From a virus (Duplodnaviria > Caudoviricetes), in IMG/VR virus record IMGVR_UViG_3300017778_005390, positions 1 through 29,320 of that record: 29,320 nt of DNA; one strand, given 5' to 3'. The stretch's first letter is position 1. The number at the start of each line of letters is the position of its first letter. Of the stretch, positions 26,956-29,320 are shown piece by piece. The translations under genes and the position numbers were made by a program. Under the pieces are notes generated by a model, which was not told the origin of the DNA, ran no database searches, and worked only from the letters and a program-made list of their open reading frames with translations.

Positions 26956-29009
26956 TGCCAGCAAGCGTTATTGGTTATGAAGCAAGTAACTCTATAGTTG
27001 AGTTGAGTACTACTGAACTTGATAAGCTTAGTTATTATGTTCTAGAGTATATGATTAACAGCGGGGATTTTGCAGGTACATTAACAGCAAATACAGCGTC
27101 CACCGGAAACTTGATAGGAACATTTGTTGATACCGCTCGTGTAGGAAATGTAGGTGATAGTAATATTACTATTGTCTCCAACAGCACCAATCTATATCAA
27201 TCCAATACCCAGATCTTCACTACTATACCATCTGCAATGACGGTAGGGTTAAATACCGCCCCTATAACATCGGTAATATTAGAAGAAAATAAAACCCCTA
27301 TATCGGCTCTTGGTCAAGAAATTTTTGATCGTTATATGAATAATGGCCCTGGTACGTATTACCTTGGGGTTAATGCACCTGTGGATGGAGGTACGTGGGG
27401 GTATGATTATTATATTGATGATACCCTCTTTAACTTTACAACTCTAAATGCCAGGTACTATCTTTGGAAGAAACTGGACCAAAATTATACTGGTACCCAT
27501 ATTGAACCTCTTAAGTTATCTGGTAATGTTCTTACCAGATTTTCAGATGTAGAAATAAAACAGTTAGCCTATTATGTAGAAAATATATTTCTAACTACTG
27601 GGATCAGTACATACGCCTTCCAAACCTCACCCCCGGCTACTGGATCCTGGGTTAATCAAGGTACCATAACAGATATTAGAAGAGTAGTAGTTAATGAGGA
27701 CTTTGAAGGGCCTGCTTATGCTAGTGAATATATTTCCACCTATGATGGTATTAGAGAGCTAGCTTATGCTTCCCCGGCTACTGTATTCAGCGGTTATGTA
27801 GGATTTCAATCATTTACAAACCCTAATCCTGATGCTGTTTATTACACGAGTTCATTTAGTGCTTCTTTTACAGGTGAATTTTCGGGTATTTTTTCTGGAC
27901 CTGGTGGAAACTATGCTAGAACATACGCAGGCGTGTTTATATACACAGGCCTGGCAAGTCCAGCAACTGATTATATAATATCTTTTGCTGGTCCTACACC
28001 TTATGAGGGTCCTTTATATACTGCTCCAACCTTCACAGGTAATTACTCTAGTAATTATGTTGGCCCTGACCTCACATCATATTTATCAGCTGCTGAATAT
28101 GACGGTGTACTTGTTGCGTTAACTAATTACGATGGATTTGATCAAGTAGTATATGCAGGGCTTGAAACACTTTATGCCGGTGTATATACGGGTCCAGGGT
28201 CTGAAGTTTTTGATACTACCTATACAGCTAATTTTGATGATACTGTAAATACATACGAGACATCTTATGATACGGTTTTTGCAGGGGATTACGATCTTGG
28301 GACAAGCCCTTATGTTGCTGAATTTATAACTACAGTTCCAGAAACTTTTGATGGAACCACATTTATCGGGTTTAATACTTTTTCAACCGCTACTGGATTT
28401 ACCGGGTTTACAACTTTTACAAACATTGACGGGACTACCTTTTCTGATACATATACTGGTAACTTCACCAGTTCATTTGCAGGGTATCAAAGAAACTATG
28501 TTGAAAACCAAGTTGTAAACTATCAAGGACCAGCTACATATAATTTTCCTAATAGCTACATAGGACTGGTCAACTACATATCTCCTGCTAGTTATACAGC
28601 CTCTTTTATAGGGTTATATGATGGTAATTTTGAATCCTCTTATATAGCTACGTATACCGGGGATTACGATGTAAGTTATTTAGCTGACTATGTAGCCACA
28701 TTTACTTCAGACTATACGACCTCCTACTTGTCGGGCTTTACTGAATACGTAGGTACAGTACCGGCTGTTTATGAGGGTGACTCCACACTTGATTATGTTG
28801 GTGGGACGCCAGGTTTTGCCAGCTACGATGTCGACTATCAGGCGCTAAACCTCGGACCTCTTTATACAACAGGTTATGTAGGTCCAAGCTTTACTGGGTT
28901 TGATAGTACGTTTGTGAGTGAGTTTTCGAACTTATATACAGGCCCCCCGGTGGTAGCCTCAGCAACAGAAACAATTACATCCCTTACACTATGGCGCAGA
29001 GTAGCATAA
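26955..29009 (+). CDS. Putative fibre-tip scaffold (module 2) with a long acidic Tyr/Phe tetrapeptide-periodic insert
   Basis: The ATG at 26955 (TAATG overlap) is preferred over the TTG at 26943. Three scaffold repeats are shared with 16390..18426; ends LTLWRRVA. Confidence 0.78.
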   Translation: MPASVIGYEASNSIVELSTTELDKLSYYVLEYMINSGDFAGTLTANTASTGNLIGTFVDTARVGNVGDSNITIVSNSTNLYQSNTQIFTTIPSAMTVGLNTAPITSVILEENKTPISALGQEIFDRYMNNGPGTYYLGVNAPVDGGTWGYDYYIDDTLFNFTTLNARYYLWKKLDQNYTGTHIEPLKLSGNVLTRFSDVEIKQLAYYVENIFLTTGISTYAFQTSPPATGSWVNQGTITDIRRVVVNEDFEGPAYASEYISTYDGIRELAYASPATVFSGYVGFQSFTNPNPDAVYYTSSFSASFTGEFSGIFSGPGGNYARTYAGVFIYTGLASPATDYIISFAGPTPYEGPLYTAPTFTGNYSSNYVGPDLTSYLSAAEYDGVLVALTNYDGFDQVVYAGLETLYAGVYTGPGSEVFDTTYTANFDDTVNTYETSYDTVFAGDYDLGTSPYVAEFITTVPETFDGTTFIGFNTFSTATGFTGFTTFTNIDGTTFSDTYTGNFTSSFAGYQRNYVENQVVNYQGPATYNFPNSYIGLVNYISPASYTASFIGLYDGNFESSYIATYTGDYDVSYLADYVATFTSDYTTSYLSGFTEYVGTVPAVYEGDSTLDYVGGTPGFASYDVDYQALNLGPLYTTGYVGPSFTGFDSTFVSEFSNLYTGPPVVASATETITSLTLWRRVA

Positions 29010-29320
29010 ACAATATTAAAATTTTTATGATTGTTATAAACAGACACCCGGTGTCAGAATTTTATTACAACCATTGTATTAAAAGCTGGAATGACGCAGG
29101 GTTCGAAGTCGAGCGATTTAAAGCATCTACCCCTGACTCTATTGCCCGTACCCCGGATCTTTTTTTTGCAAGTTATAACGATCAGAAAAAATATATGGAT
29201 TTAAATTTAAGGGTACCTTTTTCTGAGACTGAAAAAGCTTGCTTCACCAGTCACTACCGTCTGTGGCAGAGGTGTTTACTACTGAATGAACCAATATTAA
29301 TACTTGAACACGATACTGAA
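28991..29320 (+). CDS. GT25-family glycosyltransferase, 3'-truncated (absent from the supplied ORF track)
   Basis: Manual translation from ATG 28991 (alternative 29027): MAQSSINNIKIFMIVINRHPVS...VERFKASTP...FSETEKACFTSHYRLWQRCLLLNEPILILEHDTE, open to the window end. E..C..SH..LW......ILE.D is the GT25 signature. Confidence 0.85.
   Translation, partial: MAQSSINNIKIFMIVINRHPVSEFYYNHCIKSWNDAGFEVERFKASTPDSIARTPDLFFASYNDQKKYMDLNLRVPFSETEKACFTSHYRLWQRCLLLNEPILILEHDTE

Noticed and set aside
26955-29009. Diversity-generating retroelement or invertase shufflon acting on fibre tips
   Set aside because: No reverse transcriptase or recombinase, and no near-identical DNA repeat pair was seen. The paralogy is visible only at protein level.
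29160-29167. T8 homopolymer (and A-runs such as 2451-2458 and 20842-20850) as phase-variation tracts
   Set aside because: Short runs are expected in AT-rich DNA and the reading frames are intact.
1-29320. tRNA, rRNA, CRISPR arrays, introns, inteins or homing endonucleases
   Set aside because: Intergenic gaps are all under about 70 nt and no such motifs were recognised by eye. A covariance-model search was not run.

Overview
This window is the baseplate and tail-fibre region of a large T4-like myophage, AT-rich and almost entirely + strand. Its gene order resembles T4-like cyanophages and pelagiphages more than coliphage T4. The baseplate block runs: 5'-truncated gp5 spike with a C-terminal M15 peptidase, an unknown ORF, PAAR (gp5.4), gp25, gp6, gp7, a small structural protein, an enlarged gp8, and a DUF4815/VrlC-like protein split into two genes. 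Next come two paralogous fibre-tip modules. Each is a short adaptor ending in ...WGG followed by a ~680-aa three-repeat scaffold carrying a different low-complexity insert (polyglycine, or an aromatic tetrapeptide repeat). Each module is followed by modifying-enzyme genes: four glycosyltransferase-like ORFs, a radical SAM/SPASM enzyme, a SAM methyltransferase and two 2OG-Fe(II) oxygenase-like ORFs in total. T4-type late promoter boxes (TATAAATA/GATAAATA) punctuate the region. The best candidate for an undescribed system is a modular fibre-display and glycan-tailoring locus. All family calls come from recognising motifs by eye; no database searches were run.
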